DNA of 62,850 nt, the filler included, from Nemertoderma westbladi (taxonomy: Eukaryota; Animalia; Xenacoelomorpha): the NCBI GenBank assembly GCA_032718475.1. It is 4 parts of 4 records of this genome, joined end to end, with 100 filler letters (N's around TTAATTAATTAA, not from the genome) between each part and the next. Parts side by side here need not be neighbours in the genome. Positions count along the whole stretch, not along the records: positions 1 to 31,970 come from JAUCBJ010002366.1; 3 more parts are not named here. One strand, given 5' to 3'. The translations under genes and the position numbers were made by a program. Position 1 is the stretch's first letter, and each line of letters begins with the position of its first letter. The notes under the pieces were generated by a model, which was not told the origin of the DNA, searched no databases, and saw nothing but the letters and a program-made list of their open reading frames with translations. Of this stretch, positions 1-13,858 are shown in pieces.

Positions 1-264
1 CTTAACAAACTACAAAATTTAAATGCTTTAAAAAGCTTAAATTTTTTACTCTTTAAATTAATTATTAATGCACCTTTCGAAAACCCTTGTTTCTTTATGA
101 ACTGCCACAGGGGGTTGCCATAGCAACATAATTGTTTCAAACAAGTTTCTTTCTTAAGTTAGCACTCTATCTTTCTAATGATACCAATAATCCCGAATTT
201 TATTGAGGTGCAGTGGAGTTATTTGAAAACGAAACCGGTCAAATTTTGTGGGACACACCTTGTA
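1..264. mobile_element. Right end of a Tc1/mariner-like non-autonomous DNA transposon
   Basis: Ends AATTTTGTGGGACACACCTTG followed by TA; the reverse complement TA-CAAGGTGTGTCCCACAAAATT resembles mariner-type TIRs. The other end is outside the window. Confidence 0.45.
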
Positions 265-479
265 TATTACAATAATTAGAATCTCATTAGAATCCAACAA
301 TGTTCATAGAAACAGACTATGTCGATGATTCACACTTAGTATTATTACTCCCCTTGTAGGAAGTAAAAATATAGTATTATCTGTAAGTGTCAGAGTCTGT
401 AATCCCAGATGATATACCCATTGGTGACATCACCTTTTCCAAAGTCAAGACTCGTGCAAGAACATTAAATCCAATCGTG

Positions 480-1075
480 CAAGTGGAGTAGATCGTGTCA
501 CCCCCCTGCGTTCTTTAAAATACCAGAATGTTTAGAGCTCATCCACACCATCATAATAGACATGTACATAACTAAGAGAGTCACACAAGATATGAAAACT
601 AATAATTTGGTGCCAGTTCCCTAATATTACTCTTCTGATATTTTCGTAGAATCTCATTGATCACTTGCTATAAAGCTATACAATATAATTATAATAAATC
701 AGGGTTCCTATGGAGAGACTGCTACACAGGAACCAAAACGGGTTGCATAAAGTTTGATGGGCCATGAGGTCAATTCTGGCTCTTAAAGGAATAATAATAG
801 TGTTGTCAACAAAAGAAAGACACATTTAGCTGTTGTCTTGTCTTTTTAATTTCTTTAAGGCCTTGGATAGATCCAGTCTCCTGATCATATATGTTCAGCA
901 ATCTTGCATTATTTCCGATTGCTGAGGAAAGCATTGCAGCAATCAGATCACACACTGTATGGTTCAACGACATGTATGCCTATTGCTAATGGTAACACAT
1001 ATCGTTTCAAAGTTTTATGGAGGTTCTCCAGGGTGACAAACTCGCACCATTCTTAATCAAAATTGTGTTAATTGT
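480..1075 (+). pseudogene. Highly decayed RTE-like LINE reverse transcriptase remnant
   Basis: ~1020-1060 reads VLQGDKLAPFLI, matching GVLQGDTLAPFLF of the 14713 RT; ~850-870 reads FFKALDR (DFSKAFD-like). Many stops. Left boundary approximate. Confidence 0.6.
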
Positions 1076-1859
1076 AAACCATATGTCAATGGTTTATGAT
1101 TTTAAAAATTGTAATAAAGCATCTTTTCTTTCCGATATGGTCTCTCCTAGTTCTTGGACCTATCATTGGACGTATCAATCACGATAATATTAATAGAAAA
1201 TACGTTTTTGAAATTATCTATGGGACTATCTTAAAATCTGTAACAAACATATTTAAAACTAAAATCTTACCGAAAAAATGTCAACCTAAAAAAAAGCCTT
1301 GGATGCCTGAAAAAAAAACTATACCAGTCTTATTTGGGCTAACCCCACAAAATCAAATGCTAAACACGATAAGTTATATTGTAGCACTTTTTTAAAAAGC
1401 AATGCCGAAAAAAAATGAAAACAGGTTTTCAAATACAAAAAATTACATTAGGAAAACATAGATAGTAATTATAGAACACTTAATAGAAGTTCCTGAAATT
1501 ATTGGCCCTGAAATCCAGATGTAAATTCGAGTGATGGTATTGTAAAAACTCATCAAACCCAGACGACAATGCAAATGAGTTTAATAACTTTTTTTTTTAC
1601 ATACGTTGAACCTTTACTGACCAACATCTACCTAACACCTAGGCCAATTACTCTCATCCCATTAATTATAAAGATGTAATATTATGGTTACATCTTTACA
1701 ATTACATCTTTAATTACATTTGCATTAACAGCTCAACTCCAATTTATTCATTAATTATAAACACGTTTATCGTTTGATTATATTTTATTATAAAAACGTA
1801 AAAGAAACTTCACCAGTAGAAGTCCAGCTTTTTGTAGCTGCAATATTTTCTGTAATTAA

Positions 1860-2640
1860 TTAATTATGTAGTGCCAGTATAACTTAAGTATATAAATTGT
1901 TGAATTTGGTGGGTTTGGGATTGTTTGTAGTAATATTCGGAACCTATTGGCCATCATTCTGAAGCAGTTCTCTACTATTCGATGGCTCTATTCGATCGCT
2001 CTATTCTACTATTCGATCTCTCAGCTGAGATGGAATATCCTTTGATCATTTGTTATGTAAGTGCAAAGCATCATCACTGATGTAATAATGAAATGGTGTA
2101 GCAATAGCCGGATAACCACCATTGGTCAGAAAAGCATCTTGGGGAACATTGCAATTGTTCTCTATCAATTGCTTCACTCACACTTGAATTATTAAAGACC
2201 TCGGCATCTCCAATGTTACCAGGTTGACATATATCGAATGCGATGACTGTACCATGAAAATCTACAGCAACAAGTATTATAATAGAAAAAATCCCTTATA
2301 ATTGTAGAACTCACTGCCCGAACTATTAGGTTTTTTAATAGCAAGATGCTTGCCATCAACATCAACTGCTCCAATACAATGAAGAAAATTCCATTTTTCA
2401 TCAAAATTATTAGAAATACACTTACACTCCTCAATGATGTTGGTGGTCTGATGTAGCTCTGAAGGGCTGCATAAATTTCTTCACAAACATGTGGAATGGT
2501 AAAAGGCAAAAACGATGCAATCATACGGTATTCGTGTGACAAAGCTAAGAATGAAGTACCTGCCACATACCTCAGTGTTATTTGTAATTTTGTTTTTGCC
2601 GACACAGATCCATATGCAGTTGTCCATTGTTTCTCTAATA
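1860..2640 (-). pseudogene. PIF/Harbinger DDE transposase (HARBI1-like) relic
   Basis: Minus-strand pieces in shifting frames: KLQITLRYVAG...SHEYRM...VCEEIYAAL; WNFLHCIGAVDVDGKHLAIKKPNSSGSEFYNYKGFF; GNIGDAEVFNNS; RIVENCFRMMANRFRIL...ALHN. This is the canonical Harbinger motif order, with frameshifts. Confidence 0.85.
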
Positions 2641-3840
2641 GTAGTTCAAAATATGATGTGAATTCTAGAATTTGATTTTGTAAAAAAATTATAAAGAAAA
2701 GCAGCAAAAACATTGCTAAAAACATGGCTAAAAAACGCAGCAAAAAATGTGGCAAAAACGCATTGATATATGTGGTAACAAAAATGGTACTTAAAAAAAC
2801 ACCACAATGAAAAAGGTTTACCCAGGTCATTCATTCATGTCTTAAAAAATGACCACGGTTTAGCAAGTTGGATTTGCTTCAAAGGAGACAAGAACATTTC
2901 GAATCTCAAAGGAAGTGGATTGATATCTTTCGAAGAAAGCATGTTGTTGAACTCAATCACAAAAATTCTCAAAACTACAAGAGTAGCCTAGCAGACCATT
3001 GTAAGAAAGTCGAATGAATCTGACATCATTAGAAAAATAAAGCTCAATTAAGAATATCAAAAACAAATGTGCTTCACTTTAGGTACAATGAAGTCATTGA
3101 AATTCACTCCTATAGCGACTTGTGCTCCTAGACCTACCGCATTCTGATGCCATGACTGCTGTTAAGATAAAAGTATAAGCTGAGAGATGCTATAAGCATT
3201 AATTGCATATCAAGCCCAAGAAACTCTCAGATATATAAAAAAAAACTCTTTAAATACTTGAAGCCAGATGTTGTGCAGGATCTGTCAAAGCTGAAAGCCA
3301 TTGAAGGTCGGACAACTGATGATTCAGACTACTATACCGGTGTTTCAGATGCATCATATTAACTATACTGCAGTATATTATCAAACTTTTCAAATACTGA
3401 GATTAAGGATTGCATTCATCAGATTATTAACTATATAGCAATCTATATATATATATAATTTGATTACGGTATACAAAATCTCAACTCCAGGGAATACATT
3501 TCAGGGCCCGAAAAATCAGACCATAGTAGATTGGAGGTATCTCAGTGATGCATGGTGGATCTGGACAGCCCATGTTTGACTTTCTTAAAATGCCTTTTAA
3601 GGATACTCTCCAAAGTCATGTGGGGTAGGAGGGTGTGATGGCGCAATGTTGTTGATGTTGCTAGCATTGATGCCAGTAGTATTCTTAATGGAAGCAGCAA
3701 GACATCATGCCAATTGTTGATTGTTTGGTGACAATGCAATTTTGTTGTTAAGCTGGCATAGCAATCTCAATGCAGCTTGCGATTATAGATAGATAGTAAA
3801 ATATATTAGTTTAATTACTATTAATATGCATTTATTCTAG

Positions 3841-4044
3841 GTTGTCTGCTGTCGCAAACCCGATTAATTATAATTCATTGTTTTCAACATTTCGAGTTAA
3901 CATTGGTCTTATTTCAATACATGTTCTGAGTTTTTTTTTTGGAGTTTTGGGTAAGATTGGAGTAAGACTAGTCGATCGACTTACAGAAGATGTTGAGGGG
4001 TTTGGAGTATTCATTCACACAGATGATAAATCTTTGGAAGAAAG
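3841..4044 (+). CDS. Class A GPCR exon (end of TM3, ICL2, TM4)
   Basis: ttctag acceptor, phase 2. Reads (R)LSAVANPINYNSLFSTFRVNIGLISIHVLSFFFGVLGK...EE(R), an RxxAVxxPxxY ICL2 motif followed by a hydrophobic helix. AG|gtaata donor in phase 2 matches the next exon. Confidence 0.8.
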
Positions 4045-6308
4045 GTAATAAATGACCTCAATATTCATCTACTACTTCATATACTACTATATAATAGAAA
4101 GCCCATTTCAAACTAATAGTAATAGCATTGGTACACCAAGTTCTATGTAGATTATCTGTTTTATACTGATCTACTGATATCTGTTTTAAGCAGAAATTTT
4201 AATCTCTTAGGTTGTAATAGGAATTGCATGATTAACAATAGATACAAATACTACTAGTACAAATATATGATACAAATACTACTAGTACAAATATATATCA
4301 CCCATACCAACCACTAGGATGAATCACCGGCTACCTCCTTTATAAAGACCAGTAGTGTCTTTTATAGGACTTTTGAAAAATGCCAACGGCTGACCACCTC
4401 ATATCCCCTCACCAGCCGGCTGCTGTAGAATAAAAACATGACCTAGCTGAAAAGTTATACAATAGGATTAGCCGACAAGACTCAACCATTATGCCTGATG
4501 TTCTGCTGGGTTTTAGTTAAATGGCATGTATCTTATACGATAAAGCATGTTTGGCATCTATTTCTAAGTAGCAAGAAAAGATCCAGTATTTTCTGCTATA
4601 AGGTACAGCAGGGCCTGTCATAAGTAGATCAGGCTCTATCTACTGCTGACAGGAATAAATTTACCTTCAGAGAAGGATTATATGTATCTGAATTGAATAT
4701 TACAAACAAGGCCATCCATCCAATGTCTAAACATACTTATTGTCAATCATACCTACCAGAATATAAGATAATATGTTAAACAAACCGAACAAATCAAGCT
4801 GCAAGCGGAAACAAATGATATTCGACTGTTATCGGCAATATTAAAGTAAAATCTGAAAATGTTTTTTGTTACAAACCAAGCCGAAATACAGGCTAACCAA
4901 AACAATAACCTAATTTCAACTTCCTAAATTCTAACCTGAGTGCAGGTGCCCTAAGCACTCAGTCTATCTGCCAATTCTCAAGGATACGGGCTGTTCACTA
5001 GGCAATAAAATGTTTGTTTGGATAATGTTTAATTTTATTCAAATCCTAAATCGTGTGGTGAGTTGACGATGAAGTTAGGTTGCCTGTGTGCTGACTGTAA
5101 TCAGTAATTTGTTACTGCTTGCTGTATTCTGGAGAATTACTAATGGGCAAAACTCTCTTCCCCCTTTTTATAGACAACCACTTAATATAGAATAGTCACT
5201 AGTAATTATTTTCCAAACGTAAACAAACTAATCCTATTCTCCACTATGCAGCATAATGTCCATAACTTACCTAAATGTACGGAGCTATGCTAAATTAATT
5301 TATACAGAATTGCTAATTATTTAATATTCCAGAATTCGTAACCCAAATTTATTACGGTAATAGTTTACATACAATTAGCCTAATATACGGTATTAATTTT
5401 AACCTAAATTCTGATTCAAGCAAGATAGCAATCAAGAAATAGAAAACAAGCAAGAAATAGCAATTAGCTCCAGTCTTACCGTATTAGCAATACAGCATTA
5501 GCAATAGGCCTACAGCATTAGCGTCGAATATCACAGGCTACCTACCAATGAATTTACAACCCGAAACAGCTGTTAAGGAGACACAGAATCCGGATTGCGT
5601 TCCCCTCCCTCCCTTCAGGATAACCAGTAGTGCCGACCTTCATCAATACAAAGGTAAGCCTGTGAAGTCTAATTTACGACTCACCACCTTGCCATGCGAT
5701 TAGATCCCCGCTGCCGCTCCAACTCATCGCCTCCCTGGTAGTGCGCCCCATGCCTCCTTTAGCTTATGCTAACTCGGACCGCAATCGCGTGATTACAGAA
5801 ATGTCGAGCATCAGTCTGACAGTCTCAATGGCATGCAATTAAGCATGCAGTCAAGAAGAAAAACACGATTCGGGTTTGCAGACTACATAATTCATCAATC
5901 AGTGTAATTATTATAACAAAGTCTGATATATGCAAACTAAATCAAATTAAAGTAAGCAGCAAAATCAGAAAATTACATACTAAACTGTACAACAAAAGCA
6001 GTAAACTATACATAGTTCCGTCACACTAATTTACAAAATATAAGATGACGGCCACCGCCTTCTGGAGCCAGTGGTGTGAAATAAGAATTCAAGGCAATGT
6101 ATAAGTTTAACAGAGTTCAAGCTAGTTCAACAGCTCTGTTGGCAATATAGAACTGTCCCTGGGAAATACTTCAATTATAAGCTAGGCCTATCCCATTTGT
6201 ACAAAGCCTAGTTGTTAGTAAGCATTGTACATTATGTATGGCATGAACCCTGCCTAACATGGTACTTAACAATGGAGCATGTACAGTATGCATTGCATAT
6301 TACCAATT

Positions 6309-6544
6309 GGGGTGTCGTTTCAGCCTATTTTAACATAAACTTAATTTCGTGAATATTTAATTTCGATATTCACCATTTAAGGTACCTTATAAAGGAAAGT
6401 AGCAGGTTATAATGGCAGGCTTTTCTAACCAAAAAATTAACCTACATTTTGGAACACAGTTTAAAGTAAAAGTTTTACTTCTAGACACTAATTTTTCAAT
6501 ATTAATTTAACATTAACCCTATGAGAAGGCTGAAACGACACCCC
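6309..6544. mobile_element. MITE, probably Harbinger/Tourist-like
   Basis: Perfect 18-bp TIRs GGGGTGTCGTTTCAGCCT (6309-6326) and AGGCTGAAACGACACCCC (6527-6544), AT-rich interior, TAA on the right flank. Confidence 0.75.
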
Positions 6545-6564
6545 TAATAGCTTTTTGTGTACAG

Positions 6565-6990
6565 TACATACCATCAAGCGATTTGGTATCTTCTGCAGTA
6601 AAATCCCAACAAGGAGTGCATTGGAGTGCACTGTTGCGAACAATTACTTCAGAAGTGTGATCCCATCTGGTTTCCTCCATCCTACATGTGTAACATGATT
6701 GGTTTATTTAATGCAGGCCGCTATTCATTGCCCTTTCGTATTCGAAGGAATTCAGTCAGCAGATCTCCAAATCCAATATCCAACGTAGCATTAGCACACT
6801 ACATTCTTTATAAAAGTCTAATTAGGCCATTCATTGACTGAAAATGCTGAAGGTCGTGTGGCATGCTGAGGGAATCCAAGTTCACAGTCAGAATTTTAAA
6901 TATAGGCAGACATTAGTTAGATACAGCATGTTCAAGATTGCCAAGTAGTCTTTGATTCCAAATTTTCTGACATAAAACCCCGATCATCAG
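6565..6990 (-). pseudogene. Decayed RTE-like LINE fragment (same family as 14690-15690)
   Basis: Minus strand gives QRLLGNLEHAVSN (cf. QRLLSSLEHAASS), LRIRKG and CWDFTAEDTKSLDG (cf. CWALTAEDTKSLDG). Confidence 0.75.
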
Positions 6991-7358
6991 CAAATCAATG
7001 TCTGCCGAGTGTATTCTAGCCGGTAGATAGTAAGTACGCAGTAGCGGGGTAATACAGTGGAGTAGTATGATACCTTTAAGAATGGGCAGGAAAAGCGACC
7101 AAAGTAAGCCAAATTTTTCTTCAATATTTCGAATGGTTTTATTATGTAACAAAAACAACTGGCAGTCATGAAATGGCAGGGGATAGGTGTGAGGACGGCG
7201 AAGAGACCTCTCTCTCCCACCATATGGACGCGAAGAGCCCTCTCCCCATAATTTGTAACCGCCAGAGGGTGGTAAATTTTGAACATTTATATATGTGATA
7301 TATATTTATATTAATATGGCGGTGAATATATATTATCTATTGATTTCCATATCTCTAG

Positions 7359-7509
7359 ATACAAATGTGTTAACGAATTACCAAATCCTGATATTCTGAA
7401 AAATGTTAACGATTGGAGTATTACCATCCTCTGCAGAATAGCACCGTTTACTTTGATTACATTGGCTACAGTCCTAACAATATATACTTTGGGAAGACGC
7501 CTTAATAAG
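7359..7509 (+). CDS. Class A GPCR exon (ECL2 Cys, TM5)
   Basis: ctctag acceptor, 151 nt (1 + 50 codons): YKCVNELPNPDILKNVNDWSITILCRIAPFTLITLATVLTIYTLGRRLNK, then AAG|gtgaat. Contains the TM5 proline; phases fit both neighbouring exons. Confidence 0.8.
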
Positions 7510-7841
7510 GTGAATGTAATTTGATATTTATACGCCTACATAATTTAGTGATAGTAGTAATGTATTATAATATTTTATATTGCTATTTACTATTCAATTT
7601 GATATTCTGAGTAGGATCTGTGTGTGTATTGAAATCTATTTTGTGGGGTTTCAATAAAAACCTTTAAAATGTATTTGTTACCACTAGTTTTGAGGAATTA
7701 TAATTTATAATGTATTGTTTTTTTTCCACTGTACTGTACGGTTGTAGTAGAGGTCTTCAGAACTAAAAATAAGTGTTTATTGCATTAGAATAAAATCAGT
7801 TATCTGACTATAACTTACACAGGGGACACAAGTCCAACTTC

Positions 7842-10800
7842 TTTATAGATTGGCTGTGAGTATGGCTATACCAGGAATATATTTATAGATTGGCCGTGAG
7901 TATGGCTAAACCATGAATATATTTATAGATTGGCCGTGAGTATGGCTAAACCAGGAATATATTTATAGATTGGCCGTGAGTATGGCTAAACCAGGAATAT
8001 ATTTATAGATTGGCCGTGAGTATGGCTAAACCAGGAATATATTTATAGATTGGCCGTGAGATATGGCTAAACCAGGAATATATTTATAGATTGGCGGTGA
8101 GTATGGCTAAACCATGAATATATTTATAGATTGGCCGTGAGTATGGCTAAACCAGAAATATATTTATAGATTGGCCGTGAGTATGGCTAAACCATGAATA
8201 TATTTATAGATTGGCCGTGAGTTGTGGCTAAACCAGGAATATATTTATAGATTGGCCGTGAGTATGGCTAAACCATGAATATATTTATAGATTGGCCGTG
8301 AGTATGGCAAAACCAGGAATATATTTATAGATTGGCCGTGAGTATGGCTAAACCAGGAATATATTTATAGATTGGCCATGAGTTATGGCTAAACCATGAA
8401 TATATTTATAGATTGGCCGTGAGTATGGCTAAACCATGAATATATTTATAGATTGGCCGTGAGTATGGCTAAACCAGAAATATATTTATAGATTGGCCGT
8501 GAGTATGGCTAAACCATGAATATATTTATAGATTGGCCGTGAGTTGTGGCTAAACCAGGAATATATTTATAGATTGGCCGTGAGTATGGCTAAACCAGAA
8601 ATATATTTATAGATTGGCCGTGAGTATGGCTAAACCATGAATATATTTATAGATTGGCCGTGAGTTGTGGCTAAACCAGGAATATATTTATAGATTGGCC
8701 GTGAGTATGGCTAAACCATGAATATATTTATAGATTGGCCGTGAGTATGGCTAAACCAGAAATATATTTATAGATTGGCCGTGAGTATGGCTAAACCATG
8801 AATATATTTATAGATTGGCCGTGAGTTATGGCTAAACCAGGAATATATTTATAGATTGGCCGTGAGTATGGCTAAACCAGAAATATATTTATAGATTGGC
8901 CGTGAGTATGGCTAAACCATGAATATATTTATAGATTGGCCGTGAGTTGTGGCTAAACCAGGAATATATTTATAGATTGGCCGTGAGTATGGCTAAACCA
9001 TGAATATATTTATAGATTGGCCGTGAGTTGTGGCTAAACCAGGAATATATTTATAGATTGGCCGTGAGTATGGCTAAACCATGAATATATTTATAGATTG
9101 GCCGTGAGTATGGCTAAACCAGAAATATATTTATAGATTGGCCGTGAGTATGGCTAAACCATGAATATATTTATAGATTGGCCGTGAGTTGTGGCTAAAC
9201 CAGGAATATATTTATAGATTGGCCGTGAGTATGGCTAAACCATGAATATATTTATAGATTGGCCGTGAGTATGGCTAAACCAGAAATATATTTATAGATT
9301 GGCCGTGAGTATGGCTAAACCATGAATATATTTATAGATTGGCCGTGAGTTGTGGCTAAACCAGGAATATATTTATAGATTGGCCGTGAGTATGGCTAAA
9401 CCATGAATATATTTATAGATTGGCCGTGAGTATGGCTAAACCAGAAATATAATTATAGATTGGCCGTGAGTATGGCTAAACCATGAATATATTTATAGAT
9501 TGGCCGTGAGTTATGGCTAAACCAGGAATATATTTATAGATTGGCCGTGAGTATGGCTAAACCATGAATATATTTATAGATTGGCCGTGAGTATGGCTAA
9601 ACCAGGAATATATTTATAGATTGGCCGTGAGTATGGCTAAACCATGAATATATTTATAGATTGGCCGTGAGTTGTGGCTAAACCAGGAATATATTTATAG
9701 ATTGGCCGTGAGTATGGCTAAACCATGAATATATTTATAGATTGGCCGTGAGTATGGCTAAACCAGAAATATATTTATAGATTGGCCGTGAGTATGGCTA
9801 AACCATGAATATATTTATAGATTGGCCGTGAGTTATGGCTAAACCAGGAATATATTTATAGATTGGCCGTGAGATATGGCTAAACCAGGAATATATTTAT
9901 AGATTGGCCGTGAGTATGGCTAAACCATGAATATATTTATAGATTGGCCGTGAGTATGGCTAAACCAGAAATATATTTATAGATTGGCCGTGAGTATGGC
10001 TAAACCATGAATATATTTATAGATTGGCCGTGAGTTGTGGCTAAACCAGGAATATATTTATAGATTGGCCGTGAGTATGGCTAAACCATGAATATATTTA
10101 TAGATTGGCCGTGAGTATGGCAAAACCAGGAATATATTTATAGATTGGCCGTGAGTATGGCTAAACCAGGAATATATTTATAGATTGGCCATGAGTTATG
10201 GCTAAACCATGAATATATTTATAGATTGGCCGTGAGTATGGCTAAACCATGAATATATTTATAGATTGGCCGTGAGTATGGCTAAACCAGAAATATATTT
10301 ATAGATTGGCCGTGAGTATGGCTAAACCATGAATATATTTATAGATTGGCCGTGAGTTGTGGCTAAACCAGGAATATATTTATAGATTGGCCGTGAGTAT
10401 GGCTAAACCAGAAATATATTTATAGATTGGCCGTGAGTATGGCTAAACCATGAATATATTTATAGATTGGCCGTGAGTTGTGGCTAAACCAGGAATATAT
10501 TTATAGATTGGCCGTGAGTATGGCTAAACCATGAATATATTTATAGATTGGCCGTGAGTATGGCTAAACCAGAAATATATTTATAGATTGGCCGTGAGTA
10601 TGGCTAAACCATGAATATATTTATAGATTGGCCGTGAGTTATGGCTAAACCAGGAATATATTTATAGATTGGCCGTGAGTATGGCTAAACCAGAAATATA
10701 TTTATAGATTGGCCGTGAGTATGGCTAAACCATGAATATATTTATAGATTGGCCGTGAGTTGTGGCTAAACCAGGAATATATTTATAGATTGGCCGTGAG

Positions 10801-12602
10801 TATGGCTAAACCATGAATATATTTATAGATTGGCCGTGAGTTGTGGCTAAACCAGGAATATATTTATAGATTGGCCGTGAGTATGGCTAAACCATGAATA
10901 TATTTATAGATTGGCCGTGAGTATGGCTAAACCAGAAATATATTTATAGATTGGCCGTGAGTATGGCTAAACCATGAATATATTTATAGATTGGCCGTGA
11001 GTTGTGGCTAAACCAGGAATATATTTATAGATTGGCCGTGAGTATGGCTAAACCATGAATATATTTATAGATTGGCCGTGAGTATGGCTAAACCAGAAAT
11101 ATATTTATAGATTGGCCGTGAGTATGGCTAAACCATGAATATATTTATAGATTGGCCGTGAGTTGTGGCTAAACCAGGAATATATTTATAGATTGGCCGT
11201 GAGTATGGCTAAACCATGAATATATTTATAGATTGGCCGTGAGTATGGCTAAACCAGAAATATATTTATAGATTGGCCGTGAGTATGGCTAAACCATGAA
11301 TATATTTATAGATTGGCCGTGAGTTATGGCTAAACCAGGAATATATTTATAGATTGGCCGTGAGTATGGCTAAACCATGAATATATTTATAGATTGGCCG
11401 TGAGTATGGCTAAACCAGGAATATATTTATAGATTGGCCGTGAGTATGGCTAAACCATGAATATATTTATATAGATTGGCCGTGAGTTATGGCTAAACCA
11501 GGAATATATTTATAGATTATCCATGAGTATGGCTAAACCAGGAATATATTTATAGATAGGCCGTGAGTATGGCTAAACCAGGAATATATTTATAGATTGG
11601 CCGTGAGTTATGGCTAAACCAGAAATATATTTATAGATTGGCCGTGAGTATGGCTAAACCAGGAATATATTTATAGATTGGCCGTGAGTTGTGGCTAAAC
11701 CAGGAATATATTTATAGATTGGCCGTGAGTATGGCTAAACCATGAATATATTTATAGATTGGCCGTGAGTATGGCTAAACCAGGAATATATTTATAGATT
11801 GGCCGTGAGTATGGCTAAACCAGGAATATATTTATAGATTATCCGTGAGTATAGCTAAACCAGGAATATATTTATAGATTGGCCGTGAGTATGGCTAAAC
11901 CAGGAATATATTTATAGATTGGCCGTGAGTATGGCTAAACCATGAATATATTTATAGATTGGCCGTGAGTATGGCTAAACCAGGAATATATTTATAGATT
12001 GGCCGTGAGTATGGCTAAACCAGGAATATATTTATAGATTGGCCATGAGTTATGGCTAAACCAGGAATATATTTATAGATTGGCTGTGAGTTATGGCTAA
12101 ACCAGGAATATATTTATAGATTGGCCGTGAGTTGTGGCTAAACCAGGAATATATTTATAGATTGGACGTGAGTATGGCTAAACCATGAATATATTTATAG
12201 ATTGGCCGTGAGTATGGCTAAACCAGGAATATATTTATAGATTGGCCATGAGTTATGGCTAAACCAGGAATATATTTATAGATTGGCTGTGAGTTATGGC
12301 TAAACCAGGAATATATTTATAGATTGGCCGTGAGTTGTGGCTAAACCAGGAATATATTTATAGATTGGACGTGAGTATGGCAAAACCAGGAATATATTTA
12401 TAGATTGGCCGTGAGTATGGCTAAACCATGAATATATTTATAGATTGGCCGTGAGTATGGCTAAACCAGGAATATATTTATAGATTGGCCGTGAGTATGG
12501 CTAAACCAGGAATATATTTATAGATTGGCAATGAGTTATGGCTAAACCAGGAATATATTTATAGATTGGCTGTGAGTTATGGCTAAACCAGGAATATATT
12601 TT
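7842..12602. repeat. 40-bp tandem satellite (~119 copies) in a GPCR intron
   Basis: Unit TTTATAGATTGGCCGTGAGTATGGCTAAACCA(G/T)GAATATA with 41-bp indel variants and no unique spacers. Confidence 0.98.
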
Positions 12603-13084
12603 GCAAACAAGTTAGAAATATTAAGAAATATTTTTTTCTTTCCCAACATCAATGAGTAAATGAAGTTTAGAAAGCATATCCAATAGCACTTCTAGTTAAT
12701 CAGAAAAACCGCTGCTGACTATAAATGAGCAAATAGCTCACAAGTATTTTTGTCATATCAGAATAGGCTGATAAGCAATAAGCATGACAACAATGTACAG
12801 ATATATGTTTGACTGAAAACAACCATACTATTTAAAAGCAATTTTGAATAAGTTAATTACCGAATACAATATCTGTAACAATTTATTACCTTTAAAAATA
12901 ATACTTTTTCGCAATTATTTAAATTACCAATCATTTCCTTATGTGCACATTTGAAAAATTACCAATATTATTTGAGAAGAATATTGTTGCCATAGTGTCA
13001 ACTGTTGCAATTAGTCAATTAGAAAAGGCATATACAATTTATATTTTTATATTCATAATATCTTAACAATTATTTCCAAACAAG

Positions 13085-13216
13085 ATACCAGGAGATAGAG
13101 ACAAGAAGCGAAGATCACAATACCAAACAATTAATAAAACATTAATTGCTGTAACAGTCACTTACATTGTCTTGCTACTCCCCATACTACTATTGGCAGG
13201 AAATATTGCAGCAGAG
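13085..13216 (+). CDS. Class A GPCR exon (ICL3, TM6)
   Basis: caag acceptor, 132 nt, phase 0-0: IPGDRDKKRRSQYQTINKTLIAVTVTYIVLLLPILLLAGNIAAE, then GAG|gtttgt. Basic loop followed by TM6 with the conserved proline. Confidence 0.8.
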
Positions 13217-13308
13217 GTTTGTTCTTATCATTATTAATATAGGCGAAATTTCTTTAAATGTTCGTTTTAAATGTTGTACAATCATTTATTATTAAGTACA
13301 TTTATTAA

Positions 13309-13565
13309 CTGGAGATCTGACAATTCGTCCCCTAGCGGCAGACAGAGGAACTGTAAAAGTCTGTCTGTGGTAGAATTTCTAAACTTTTGATAGAATTTAC
13401 CAAGTTTGAAGCAAGTTTACCAAGTGTACCAAGTTTGGTTCCATTTCATCCATGACTGACCGACTTATTAGCGTTCAAACATTCCTGCCACAAACATAGC
13501 CAGCCAGCCAACCAGCCACAAACAAACTAATAATAGCTGCAGGAACTCTAGCAGAGCTTCAGTGA
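13309..13565 (+). mobile_element. HINE/DINE-1 (Helentron)-like non-autonomous element
   Basis: Shares AATTTCTAAACTTTTG...TGTACCAAGTTTGG...ATTTCATC...TTATTA.CGTT with 51215-51432, followed by a (CCAG)n microsatellite and a short 3' hairpin. Confidence 0.5.
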
Positions 13566-13844
13566 TAAACTGTTTTATGTACTGTTAATTCTTTTTTCAC
13601 AATGGATCATAATATTGCTTTATTATGGTACACATTATAGATACATATCACTTCCTTATTTTGAATGACAATTACTGAAAATATGATAAAATATCTGGAA
13701 ATCCAGAGTGGGGCATGCACATTGCACATGCACAATATATGTATAATGTTTTATGATTTTGGTGGATGGGGAAAAAGTATTGGCCAATTTTTAAAAAAAT
13801 ACTGATATTTAGCGTAAAATTATGCTGAAGAAGAATTCCATGCA

Positions 13845-13858
13845 GTTGCCATGGTAAC
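13845..13858. promoter_or_regulatory. Candidate RFX X-box
   Basis: GTTGCCATGGTAAC matches the RFX X-box consensus and lies in the last GPCR intron. Function is unproven. Confidence 0.3.

Noticed and set aside
2820-3780. Possible hAT/ZNF862-like or Harbinger ORF2 relic
   Set aside because: It is too degraded, and no diagnostic motif could be read with confidence.
5736-5750. 15-bp match TGGTAGTGCGCCCCA shared with ~58753, a possible PBS
   Set aside because: There is no adjacent LTR end and no extended similarity between the two sites.
7842-12602. CRISPR-like array
   Set aside because: Monomers are contiguous with no unique spacers, there are no cas genes and the context is eukaryotic. The same applies to the 20-, 32- and 34-bp arrays.
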